A stretch of 64,000 bases of DNA from Myxococcota bacterium. Lineage in GTDB: Bacteria; Myxococcota_A; UBA9160; SZUA-336. Under the pieces are notes generated by a model that was not told the DNA's origin, ran no database searches, and saw only the letters and a list, made by a program, of their open reading frames with translations. Of the stretch, positions 30,265-39,436 are shown piece after piece. The stretch spans positions 1,536,001 through 1,600,000 of the forward strand of contig CBDFGR010000002.1 in assembly GCA_965247115.1 (NCBI GenBank). The letters are read 5' to 3'. The translations under genes and the position numbers were made by a program. Each line of letters starts with the position of its first letter. Within the stretch, counting starts at the first letter, position 1.

Positions 30265-31626
30265 CTAGGTCGTTTCGTCGGAGGCGTCGCTCTCAGGTGG
30301 TTGTGGGGGTGGACGAGGGGGTGTTGGGAGGCGGGTTAGGATTAGCATGGCCAGGGTGGCCGCTATGCCGGAGGCGGCGAGGATTCCGACTTTGGCTGCG
30401 TCCAGGGTGGAGGCGTCCAGCGCGAGGCCCGCGATGAAGAGGGCCATCGTGAAGCCGATGCCTGCCAGCAGGCCTCCACCGAGGAGGGCTGCCCAGCCAA
30501 CGCCCTCGGGCAGCGCGGCTAAACCGAAGCGGATTGCGAGCCAGCTAAAGAGCAGGATGCCGAGCGGCTTGCCGACCACAAGGCCCGCGGCAACCGCGAT
30601 CGCGACCGGGTCGCCAAAGTCGGAGAGCGAAATCGCCACGCCGGCATTGGCTAGCGCGAACAACGGCATGATGATGAAGCTCACCCAGGGATGGAGCACC
30701 AGCTCGATATACTCGAGCGGGGAGACCATCTCTCGTGTAGTGCGGCGCAAGCGCTGCACGCGCGCTGCACGCTTCGACGGGCTCGCCCCCTCCCCGCGCA
30801 GAACCTCCTCGGCACGCCGCAACAGGTTGCCGAAGAACGTCTCGCTCAGATAGGAGCGTGCGGGGGTCAAGAGGCCGAGGATCACGCCGGCGATCGTGGC
30901 GTGCACACCCGACTCGTGAAACGCGACCCAGACCGCCACTCCGCACAGCGAATAGAGCCCGACGGAACGCACTCCGAGCCTCTGGAGGCCCAGGATCAAC
31001 ACGAGCAAGAGGGCCGCCACAACGAGCGCGCCCAGGTGAATCGCCTCGGTGTAGCCGACAGCGATCACCAGGATCGCCCCAATGTCGTCTGCGATCGCCA
31101 GCGAGAGGATTAACACGCGGAACCCGCGCGGTATGCGCGAGCCGAGCAGCGCGAGACAGCCCACGACGAAGGCAATGTCGGTCGCCATCGGAATGCCCCA
31201 GCCGGATTGCCCGGGCTCGCCGAGCTGGAGCAACAGATAGAGCGAGGCAGGCGCGATCATCCCGCCGAGCGCGGCTGCGATAGGCAGGCTCGCCGCGCGC
31301 AGGTTACGCAGCTCGCCGATCACGAGCTCGCGCTTGACCTCGAGCCCGATCACGAAAAAGAAGATCGCCATCAGACCATCGTTGATCCAGTGCTGCAGGG
31401 AGTGGTGCATCTCGAGCGATCCGACGACGAAGCCCAACGGTGTGCTCCAGAAGGCCAGGAAGCCATCGGCGGCGGGAGAGTTGGCGAGCACGAGCGCAAC
31501 GAGCGTCGCCGCGAGAAGCACGAATCCGCTCGCGGCCTCCACGTGAAGGAAGCGATCGAACGGTGCTACCAGGCGATGGATGGGCTCCCGGGGCAGCTCG
31601 ATTCGATCGGAGGACGGCTGGGCCAT
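30265..31626 (-). CDS. nhaA: Na+/H+ antiporter NhaA
   Basis: WINDGLMAIFFF, GWGIPMATDIAF, LAIADD, GIGFTM. Confidence 0.96.
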   Translation of the reverse strand: MAQPSSDRIELPREPIHRLVAPFDRFLHVEAASGFVLLAATLVALVLANSPAADGFLAFWSTPLGFVVGSLEMHHSLQHWINDGLMAIFFFVIGLEVKRELVIGELRNLRAASLPIAAALGGMIAPASLYLLLQLGEPGQSGWGIPMATDIAFVVGCLALLGSRIPRGFRVLILSLAIADDIGAILVIAVGYTEAIHLGALVVAALLLVLILGLQRLGVRSVGLYSLCGVAVWVAFHESGVHATIAGVILGLLTPARSYLSETFFGNLLRRAEEVLRGEGASPSKRAARVQRLRRTTREMVSPLEYIELVLHPWVSFIIMPLFALANAGVAISLSDFGDPVAIAVAAGLVVGKPLGILLFSWLAIRFGLAALPEGVGWAALLGGGLLAGIGFTMALFIAGLALDASTLDAAKVGILAASGIAATLAMLILTRLPTPPRPPPQPPESDASDETT

Positions 31627-31634
31627 CTTCGCGG

Positions 31635-32228
31635 CTACGGGGCGGGGACTTCTTCTATAGGCTCGTCGATGTCGTCGTATTCGAGGCGGAGGGCCCGGCT
31701 CATGGTTGCGTGGAGGGCATAGGTGCAGATGACGTAGGTGAGCTCGAGGATGGTCTCGTCGGAGAGTTCCGCTTGGAGGGCAGAGAACGTGCCGTCGGAG
31801 ACGCGGCCTCCGGAAAGGACCAGGGCGTCTGAGTAGGAGAGGACGGCGCGTTCCAGCGGGGAGTAGTGCTCGGAGGTGGTCCAGGAGGGGATGTCACGGA
31901 TCTGGTTCTCGCTGAGACCTACTGCGCGGGCGGCCTTGCAGTGCTGGGAGTAGACGAATTTGCTGGCGCCGCCGAAGCCGGCGCGCAGGATGCCGAGCTC
32001 GCGCAGCTTCGGGTCTACTAGGCTGCCGTCGCGGTTGTAGAGGGCGAAGCCGGCAACGGCATGGTTGAAGACCTCGGGGACCAGGGCAAAGATGGTCCAC
32101 CAGTTGCCCGGAGTGCCGGTGGAGGTACCAGGCTCTTTGACCGGGTCTCTATCTCCAAAGAGCTGGTCGTACATGCTACGCACCTCTGCGGTCGCCTCCG
32201 AGCGCGGTACCTGGCGCAGCCGCGGCAC
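31635..32228 (-). CDS. Carboxymuconolactone decarboxylase/AhpD-like family protein
   Basis: DPKLRELGILR, FVYSQHCK, ERAVL.Y.D.L pattern. Confidence 0.8.
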   Translation of the reverse strand: MPRLRQVPRSEATAEVRSMYDQLFGDRDPVKEPGTSTGTPGNWWTIFALVPEVFNHAVAGFALYNRDGSLVDPKLRELGILRAGFGGASKFVYSQHCKAARAVGLSENQIRDIPSWTTSEHYSPLERAVLSYSDALVLSGGRVSDGTFSALQAELSDETILELTYVICTYALHATMSRALRLEYDDIDEPIEEVPAP

Positions 32229-32229
32229 C

Positions 32230-32370
32230 TCAGGCCACCGGCGCCAGGGCTCGCGTATGCACCGGCAGGAACAAATCTGTGTAGCCCAGCGAGTCGAGCT
32301 CCTGGATCCAGTCTCGCTGCTCGAGGATGGGAACTCCCTCGAGCGGGATGGTCATACCGTGGCGCTTCAT
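32230..32370 (-). pseudogene. N-terminal remnant of an LLM-class (F420-type) oxidoreductase
   Basis: GGAGG SD then MKRHGMTIPLEGVPILEQRDWIQELDSLGYTD, followed by unrelated sequence and a stop at 46 aa. Confidence 0.65.
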
Positions 32371-32416
32371 GTACATCCTCCGGGAGACGCAGCTCTGGAG
32401 ACCGCATGGTACATGA

Positions 32417-33094
32417 ATGCCCCACCCGCCCGAGATGCCCGGTCGCCTGACTCGCGCCTTCTTCGCGGGTCCATGTCTCGAGGTGGCTCGAGAGCTGCTC
32501 GGCTGCAGGCTGGTCCACCAGCTCGAGGCGGGCACGCGCCTGTCGGGGCGCATCGTGGAGGTGGAGGCGTACCTCGGCGACGGCAGCGACCCGGGCTCCC
32601 ACTCCCACAACGGTCGGACCGCTCGCAACGCGTCGATGTTCGGAGCACCAGGCGTCTTCTACGTCTACCGCAGCATGGGGATTCACGTTTGCGCCAACGT
32701 GGTGTGTGAGCCCGCTGGCAGCGGCGCCGCCGTGCTGCTGCGCGCCGTCGAGCCTTGTGACGGGATCGAGTGGATGCGCCGACGACGCGGCAACCGACCC
32801 GAGCGCGAGCTCACAAACGGTCCAGGGAAGCTTTGCCAGGCGCTCGGCATCCGCCTCGACCACGATGGCCATTCCGCGCTGAGCGGCTCGCTGCGCCTGC
32901 AAGCTGCCGAGAGCCGCCCCGCTACGATCATGCACAGCCCCCGCATCGGTCTCAAGAAAGGGGCCGACCTCTGGCAGCGTTTCTTCGTCGCGGACAGCCC
33001 TTGGGTGAGCTCCTCGCCACACAATCGGCGGGCTTGCTCCTTACCACCTATCATGGGCGGGCCATGGCTCCGCCCGACTCGAAAGGCGAGATGA
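32417..33094 (+). CDS. mpg: DNA-3-methyladenine glycosylase (AAG/MPG family)
   Basis: VARELLG, GRIVEVEAY, YVYRSMGIH, LLRAVEP, NGPGKLCQALGI, PRIG. Confidence 0.93.
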   Translation: MPHPPEMPGRLTRAFFAGPCLEVARELLGCRLVHQLEAGTRLSGRIVEVEAYLGDGSDPGSHSHNGRTARNASMFGAPGVFYVYRSMGIHVCANVVCEPAGSGAAVLLRAVEPCDGIEWMRRRRGNRPERELTNGPGKLCQALGIRLDHDGHSALSGSLRLQAAESRPATIMHSPRIGLKKGADLWQRFFVADSPWVSSSPHNRRACSLPPIMGGPWLRPTRKAR

Positions 33095-34113
33095 GAGCGC
33101 GCGAGCGCTTCCTCCGCGCCTGCAGGGGCCAGCCCGTCGACCGACCCCCGGTCTGGCTGATGCGGCAGGCGGGGCGTTACCTGCCGGAGTACCGCAAGCT
33201 CCGTGAGCAGGCGAGCTTCCTCGAGCTGTGCGCAGATCCGGATCGAGCGACCGAGATCTCGCTGCATCCGCATCGGCGCTTCGGCGTGGACGGCGTCGTC
33301 GTCTTCTCCGACATCCTGGTTCCCCTCTCCGGCCTGGGCATCGAGCTCCAATTCGATCCGGGGCCGGTCGTACGAAATCCGGTGCAGAAAGGCGCCGACC
33401 TCGAGAGGCTCGACGGTGACGTCGAGCAGGCCATGGAGCCCACCTGCGAGGCAATCCGTCGGCTCAAGCGGGAGCTCGGCGAGGAGGCCGCCATCATCGG
33501 CTTTGCCGGCGCGCCGTGGACCCTGGCAGCATACGCCTGTGAGGAGAAGCTCTCCCGCGACGTGGAGTACCTCATGGGCCTGTCCTACAGCGAGCCCGAG
33601 CTCGTCGATCAGCTCCTGGATCGCATGGCGGAGATCAGCGCCGAGACGCTCCGCGTGCAGATGGAGGCCGGGGCCGACGTGCTCCAGATCTTCGATACGT
33701 GGGCGGGCATGCTGTCCGTCGCGCGCTTCGAGCGCCTCGCGGGACGGGCACTACGACGGGTGCTCGAGCTGCTTCCAAGCCACAGGCCACCGCTGATTAT
33801 CTTTGCCCGGGCTGCCTCGCACCTGATGGAGTCGATCGCGGACGTCGGGCCCGACGTGGTTTCACTCGACTGGCGGACGGACCTCGCCGAGGCCGCGCGT
33901 CGTATCGGAGAGCGCGTGTCGCTGCAGGGGAACCTCGAGCCCGCCGCGCTCAAGGCTCCGCCGCAGCAGATCGAGGCGGCCGTGGATGCGCTCGTGCGCG
34001 ACGGCCGAGCTGCGCGGGGTCACATCCTGAACCTGGGACACGGCGTGCTGCCCTCAGTCCCCGTCGAGGGGGTGGCCGCCTTCGTCAGAGCCGCGCAGCG
34101 AGCTCGCGCCTGA
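33091..34113 (+). CDS. hemE: Uroporphyrinogen decarboxylase
   Basis: PVWLMRQAGRYLPEY, FSDIL, GFAGAPWTL, QGNLEP, NLGHG. Confidence 0.96.
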   Translation: MRARERFLRACRGQPVDRPPVWLMRQAGRYLPEYRKLREQASFLELCADPDRATEISLHPHRRFGVDGVVVFSDILVPLSGLGIELQFDPGPVVRNPVQKGADLERLDGDVEQAMEPTCEAIRRLKRELGEEAAIIGFAGAPWTLAAYACEEKLSRDVEYLMGLSYSEPELVDQLLDRMAEISAETLRVQMEAGADVLQIFDTWAGMLSVARFERLAGRALRRVLELLPSHRPPLIIFARAASHLMESIADVGPDVVSLDWRTDLAEAARRIGERVSLQGNLEPAALKAPPQQIEAAVDALVRDGRAARGHILNLGHGVLPSVPVEGVAAFVRAAQRARA

Positions 34114-34119
34114 GTCTGC

Positions 34120-34218
34120 CTTGCGGGTCTTGCGGGATCCGGCGCGCGAGCGGTCGCGCGCCACCCGCTCTTCGTTCGCCTACGGCTCACTGCGCACCGC
34201 GCCTACGGCGCGGCTTGC
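34120..34218 (+). repeat. REP-like family 1 copy (purD-type stem 1) between convergent genes
   Basis: GGCGCGCGAGCGGTCGCGCGCC stem; duplicated CTTGCGGG head. Confidence 0.85.
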
Positions 34219-34227
34219 GGGGGTCCG

Positions 34228-36294
34228 CTAGTCGCCCGCGATCTCCTCGATCAGGCGGCGCTTTGGGATTGGTTTGCTCAGGTAGATGTCGCAGCCGGCG
34301 GCTATACATTTCTCTGCGTCACCCTGCATTGCGTTTGCCGTGAGTGCGATGATCCGTCCCCTGTAGCCCGCGTCGCGCAGCTTTCGCGTCGCTGCGTAGC
34401 CGTCGAGGATGGGCATCTGGATGTCCATCAGGATCACGTCGAAGGGACTGCCAGCGGACTTCGCCTCGATGGCGCGCTCGTACGCGAGCAGTCCGTTACC
34501 GACGATCTCTACCTTGGCCCCCGCCAGGCTCAACATCCGGTTGATCAGCCGCTGATTGTCCTCTCCGTCCTCCGCCAGCAGGACGCGGAGCCCGTCCAGG
34601 CTCGGCTCGTCACCGAGCTCGCTCAAATCCGGTGCTACCTCTGCGAGCTTCGAGAGCGCCTCTAGCGGACTCGTAAACAGCTCGGAACCCTCGAGAGAGC
34701 CTGTCTCGATCGTGGCCACGAAGCGGCTCCCGGGCGTGTCCTTCTCCTCAATCGTAACGCTTCCGCCCAGCAGTTCGGCAAGGCTACGCGAGATGGAGAG
34801 GCCGAGGCCCGTGCCGCCGAAGAGACGTGTCGTCGACATGTCCGCCTGCGAAAAGGGCTTGAAGAGACGCTCGTGATCCTCGGGATCGATGCCGATGCCC
34901 GTGTCCTCGACCACGAAGCGCAGCATCGGCTGCTCCACCTCCGGAGGGCTGACAAGGCTCACGATCAGGCGGACGCTGCCGCGGTCCGTGAACTTGATCG
35001 CGTTGCCCAGCAGGTTGAGAAGGATCTGCTGCACCCGGGTCGGATCCGTCTCTATCTCCTCCGGGACAGGTGTGTCGTAGCCAATCTCGAAGACGAGGTC
35101 CTTCTCTGCCATGCGCGGCTCGATCACCTCTCTTACGCGTTGCAGCAGGTCCGCAGTTGCGCAGGGTATGCGCTCAACGCTGAGGTTCCCTGTCTCGATC
35201 TTCGAGACGTCGAGGATCTCGTCGATCAGCCCCAGCAGATGCTCGCCGTTGCGCCGCACCGTGCGCGAGAACTCGACGCGCTCTGCTTTGGAGCGCGCTT
35301 CGGGGAACAGCTCGGCGTAGCCCAGGATCGACATCATGGGAGTGCGCAGCTCGTGGCTCATGTTCGCTAGGAAATTGGTCTTCGCCTCGGCAGCTGTCTC
35401 GGCCGCGCGCAGAGCCTCAGCCAGCTCGCTGTGACGTCGCAGCAACAGCTCGTTGCTTCTGCGCCGGTGCATGGCCTGGCCCAGGGTAAGCCCGATGTTG
35501 TGCATGAGCGAGACCGAACGGATCTCGCGTGGTCGGGGCTCGACGTCAAACAGCTCGACCACCGCCATCACGTCGTTCGCCACCGAGGCCGGGAACGCGA
35601 CTGCCCCGCGAACCTCTTCTGAGCTGGGCCTGCCGAACCAGTCCTGACCTTGCACGTCTTCTACCCAGAGCGCTTCTCCGCGCTCCAGCACCCTGCCAGG
35701 GAGCTCGGCACCCCGCTCGAATTCAAGCGAGCGGCTCGCCTCGACAAAGTTGCCGGCCAGATCGGGAGCCGAGACGTGCCAGATGTCTCCGGGGCGAAGG
35801 CGACCCGGGTCTTCCAGGTCGACCACATAGACGTGACCAATTGGCCAGCATAGGAACCTGCAGATGAGCTGACAGCACGCCGCGAGAGCGGCCTCGAAGT
35901 CTCCCTGTCGATCGACGATCCGGCTGATCTGGCCCAGTAGCCGAAGCTCGGCCTCCGAACGCTGAAGATCGCGGTGCGCATGCTGGTGGATCTCGAGCAT
36001 GGCGTCTACGGCGCGCGCGAACTCCGCAAACTCGCGGACCTCGGTCCGGACCTCGGCACACGAGCTCGGCTCGAGAGGCGTCCCTCTCCCGATCATCTGC
36101 GAGAGATCTGCGAGCGGATCGAGGGCCAGGCGCAGGAGCGCGCGGTGAACTGCGAGCGCCGCCGCCCCCACGACAGCAAACGCGAGCAGGCCGGATAGCG
36201 CGGCGCGCGGCCACGGCGAGAGTCGTTGTCCCACGGCCGCCTCGAGGCACACTGCGACGAGTGCGGCGAGCACGCCGACAACCGCCAGCCTCAT
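34228..36294 (-). CDS. Membrane hybrid sensor histidine kinase/response regulator with GAF domain
   Basis: 2 TM helices, GAF, SHELRTP, NAIKFT, DTGIG, GGTGLGL, receiver LMDIQMP/KP. Confidence 0.93.
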   Translation of the reverse strand: MRLAVVGVLAALVAVCLEAAVGQRLSPWPRAALSGLLAFAVVGAAALAVHRALLRLALDPLADLSQMIGRGTPLEPSSCAEVRTEVREFAEFARAVDAMLEIHQHAHRDLQRSEAELRLLGQISRIVDRQGDFEAALAACCQLICRFLCWPIGHVYVVDLEDPGRLRPGDIWHVSAPDLAGNFVEASRSLEFERGAELPGRVLERGEALWVEDVQGQDWFGRPSSEEVRGAVAFPASVANDVMAVVELFDVEPRPREIRSVSLMHNIGLTLGQAMHRRRSNELLLRRHSELAEALRAAETAAEAKTNFLANMSHELRTPMMSILGYAELFPEARSKAERVEFSRTVRRNGEHLLGLIDEILDVSKIETGNLSVERIPCATADLLQRVREVIEPRMAEKDLVFEIGYDTPVPEEIETDPTRVQQILLNLLGNAIKFTDRGSVRLIVSLVSPPEVEQPMLRFVVEDTGIGIDPEDHERLFKPFSQADMSTTRLFGGTGLGLSISRSLAELLGGSVTIEEKDTPGSRFVATIETGSLEGSELFTSPLEALSKLAEVAPDLSELGDEPSLDGLRVLLAEDGEDNQRLINRMLSLAGAKVEIVGNGLLAYERAIEAKSAGSPFDVILMDIQMPILDGYAATRKLRDAGYRGRIIALTANAMQGDAEKCIAAGCDIYLSKPIPKRRLIEEIAGD

Positions 36295-36402
36295 GAGCAC
36301 CGCTCTACACAGCGTAAGTCCGCCTGGGCTCAACCGGAAACACCCACACACGACCTATCGTCGGCGGGCGGGGATCCCTGAGAGAGAGGACTGGACCCCG
36401 GC

Positions 36403-37542
36403 TCAGAAGCCTAGCAGCGTCGCGTAGCGGTCGCGGTGGTAGCTGGCGTCACCCAGCGTAAACTGCGCCACTCGGGCTCGCTTCAGGAACAGGCCGATCT
36501 CCTCCTCGTCGGTCATCCCGATGCCACCGTGCATCTGCAGCGCCTCGTTTCCGACCAGGAACGCCGTGTCACTGAGGCGCGCCTTCGCCACGCTGGCCAG
36601 CTTGGGAAGATCAGGTCGACCCTCATCGACTGCCTGCAGCGCGTCGAGCACGATCGAGCGAGCCAGCTCGATCTCCACGAACATACTCGCCGCGCGGTGC
36701 TTGAGCGCCTGGAACGAGCCAATCGGTACGCCGAACTGCTTGCGGTCCTTCAGGTACTGTAGCGTGCGATCGTACGCCTCGAGGCAGGTGCCGAGCATCT
36801 CCGCGGAGAATACGGCGGTGGCGCGGTCGAGCACCGCGTCGAGCACGTCGGCACCAGCGCCGACCGTGCCCAGCACCGCGGAACGCTCCACGCTGACCCC
36901 GTCGAGCTCGACGTTCGCGGCGTTGCGGCTATCCACCATGATCGTTCGCATGCGGGTCACGCCTTCTGTCGCGCCATCGAGCAGGAACAGCGTCAGGCCG
37001 TCGCGCTCGCTTGGCGCACCGGAGGTCCGAGCCACAACGACCAGCTGATCGGCGACGTGACCGTCCAGCACGAAGGTCTTCTTGCCGCGGAGTGTGTAGC
37101 CGCTGGGCGTCTGCTCGGCGCGCGTGGCGATCGCGTAGGGATCGTGGCGCGTGCCTTCTTGCAGCGCGAGCGCCAGGATCCGTTCGCCCTTACAGAGCGC
37201 GGTCAGCACATCCTTGCGCTGCGTCTCGTTGCCGCCGATGAGCACGGCGTTACCCGCAAGCAGGACCGTCGAGACCAGCGGCGAGGCGAGCAGCACGCGC
37301 CCGGTCTCCTCGAGGACGATGCCGAGCTCCGCGTGGCCCATGTCGACGCCCCCGACCTCCTCGGGAAAGATGATCCCGGCCCAGCCGAGCTCGGCCATCT
37401 CCTTCCATAGCTCGCGCGAGAATCCGTCGGAGCTCTCCTCATCGCGCAGCTTGCGCAGCTCCGTCACAGGAGCCCGTTCGCGCACGAACTCGCGCGCTGT
37501 TTCCTTGAGCAGCTCCTGCTCTTCCGTCAGTACGAGTGCCAT
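36403..37542 (-). CDS. Acyl-CoA dehydrogenase, short (beta-type) subunit
   Basis: RKQFGVPIGSFQALKHR, QMHGGIG; lacks the C-terminal GTxE segment. Confidence 0.9.
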   Translation of the reverse strand: MALVLTEEQELLKETAREFVRERAPVTELRKLRDEESSDGFSRELWKEMAELGWAGIIFPEEVGGVDMGHAELGIVLEETGRVLLASPLVSTVLLAGNAVLIGGNETQRKDVLTALCKGERILALALQEGTRHDPYAIATRAEQTPSGYTLRGKKTFVLDGHVADQLVVVARTSGAPSERDGLTLFLLDGATEGVTRMRTIMVDSRNAANVELDGVSVERSAVLGTVGAGADVLDAVLDRATAVFSAEMLGTCLEAYDRTLQYLKDRKQFGVPIGSFQALKHRAASMFVEIELARSIVLDALQAVDEGRPDLPKLASVAKARLSDTAFLVGNEALQMHGGIGMTDEEEIGLFLKRARVAQFTLGDASYHRDRYATLLGF

Positions 37543-37558
37543 CTCGTATCTCCGCAAC

Positions 37559-38752
37559 TCAGTCCGGCAGCCCGAGCACACGCTTGGCCACGATGTTCAG
37601 CTGGACCTCGGAGGTTCCGCCCTCGATCGAGTTGGCCTTGGAGCGCAGCCAATCGCGAGTCGTACTGAGCTCTCCAGCACTGAAACCCTCGCCCTCCCAG
37701 CCGAACGCCTGGGTGCCGAGTGCGGCGACCAGAAGCTCGTAACGGCGCTTGTTCATCTCGGTGCCGTAGTACTTGAAGATCGAAGAGGTGGCCCCCGGCC
37801 CCTGTCCTGCCTTCGCCTCCGCAGCCGAGCGGCGCGCTGTCGCGGTGAAGCACGTCTCGTCCATCATCTGCTGAGCGACGCGATCCCGGAGGATGGGATC
37901 CGCGATCTTGCTGTCCTTCGTGCCCACGTACTCGACCGCCAGCTCGGCCAGGCTCGGGCCACCGGCCTTGCCTCGCAGACCAAAGCCCATCCCGCCAATC
38001 ATCGAGCGCTCGTGTTGCAGCAGACGCTTCGCGATGGTCCAGCCGCCGTTCAACGTCCCGATGAGATTGCCTTTGGGGACCTTTACGTCCTCGAAGAAGG
38101 TCTGACAGAAGAGAGACGACCCGCTGATCAGCTTGATGGGCGCGACGGACACCCCCTCGGACTTCATGTCGAATAGCAGGAAGCTGATCCCGTCGTGTTT
38201 TGGGGCGTCGGGATTTGTCCGCACCAGACAGAAGATCCAGTCGGATTCGTCCGCCATCGAAGTCCAGATCTTCTGCCCGTTCACGAGATAGTGATCACCC
38301 TTGTCGTCTGCGCGCGTCTGGAGCCCTGCCAGGTCCGAGCCCGCTCCCGGCTCGCTGTAGCCCTGACACCAGCGGATTTCACCGCGGACGATCTTGGGGA
38401 GATGCTCCTGCTTCTGCTCCTCTTCTGCGAACTCCAAGAGGACGGGACCGAGCATCGAGAGGCCGAAGCTCAGCAGCGGCGGGCGACACTTTTGCGCCGC
38501 CATCTCCTCTGCGAGCACGCGCGCCTCGGCGTTCGAGAGCCCGCCACCGCCGTACTCGCGCGGCCAGGTCGGTGCGGTCCAGCCCTTCTCCGCCATGCGG
38601 TCGAGCCACAGCTTCGAGTCGGGGTTGGCGTAGGTGGCGTCCCGGCCACCCCACGTGGCGTCCTGGGGCCTCGTCCTGTCTCGCAGCGATGCGGGGTAGC
38701 TCTCTTCCAGCCAGGTCCGGGCGGACCGACGAAACTCGTCTAGATTCTCCAA
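37559..38752 (-). CDS. Acyl-CoA dehydrogenase, catalytic (alpha-type) subunit
   Basis: WCQGYSEPGAGSDLA, GQKIWTS, LQHER, SIEGGTSEVQ. Confidence 0.93.
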   Translation of the reverse strand: MENLDEFRRSARTWLEESYPASLRDRTRPQDATWGGRDATYANPDSKLWLDRMAEKGWTAPTWPREYGGGGLSNAEARVLAEEMAAQKCRPPLLSFGLSMLGPVLLEFAEEEQKQEHLPKIVRGEIRWCQGYSEPGAGSDLAGLQTRADDKGDHYLVNGQKIWTSMADESDWIFCLVRTNPDAPKHDGISFLLFDMKSEGVSVAPIKLISGSSLFCQTFFEDVKVPKGNLIGTLNGGWTIAKRLLQHERSMIGGMGFGLRGKAGGPSLAELAVEYVGTKDSKIADPILRDRVAQQMMDETCFTATARRSAAEAKAGQGPGATSSIFKYYGTEMNKRRYELLVAALGTQAFGWEGEGFSAGELSTTRDWLRSKANSIEGGTSEVQLNIVAKRVLGLPD

Positions 38753-38852
38753 GGGGGTGATCCTCCAGCAAGGGGGCTCGCGCCCGAGGCGGGAGCGCGC
38801 CCATCCTGCCAGCCGGTCGGGGCTTTGTCGAGGGAGGCGTTAAGATCACGGC

Positions 38853-39401
38853 ATGCGGGCGCTGCGCAACATCCTCGGACTGGAGACGCAAGAGCGGGCG
38901 GCGGACGCGGCCCGCGACACGGAGACCGTCGCCCGGATCGCCGCCGAGCTCGAGCAGCTCGAACCCGACGAGGCGCGGTTCCTGGCAGCCTTCGCCTACG
39001 TTCTGGCGCGGGTAGCAGGGGCCGACCTCGAGATTTCGGAAGCGGAGACCCAGGAGATGATCGGAAGCGTGCGCGAGTTCAGCGAGCTGCAGCCCGCGCA
39101 GGCCACACTCGTGGTGCTCATCGCGAAATCACACGCGACGGCGCTAGGAGGCACGGAGAACTACGTCGTAACGCGACAGTTCCGGACGCTGGCCAGCCGC
39201 CCCCAGCGAATCGGTCTCATGCGCTGCCTGTTTGCCGTGGCGGCTGCGGACGAGAACATCTCGTCGGTGGAAAATGCGGAGATCAGTCAGATCGGGGCGG
39301 AGCTCGGCTTCACCAGCGAAGAGGTCGCCGGTCTGCGCTCCGCCTTTCGCGACCAGCTCGCGGTCATGAAGAACCCGCCTGGCAAGGGGGAAGCCCGATG
39401 A
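38853..39401 (+). CDS. TerB-family protein
   Basis: LARVAGADLEISEAE, LFAVAAAD..IS..E...I.QI..ELG. Confidence 0.8.
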   Translation: MRALRNILGLETQERAADAARDTETVARIAAELEQLEPDEARFLAAFAYVLARVAGADLEISEAETQEMIGSVREFSELQPAQATLVVLIAKSHATALGGTENYVVTRQFRTLASRPQRIGLMRCLFAVAAADENISSVENAEISQIGAELGFTSEEVAGLRSAFRDQLAVMKNPPGKGEAR

Positions 39402-39436
39402 AGCTCGGGATCACGCTCGTCCCGGAGGCCGTGTGA
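39398..39436 (+). pseudogene. 12-codon bridging mini-ORF MKLGITLVPEAV, possible gene-deletion scar
   Basis: ATGA overlap with the upstream stop and GTGA overlap with the downstream start. Confidence 0.45.
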
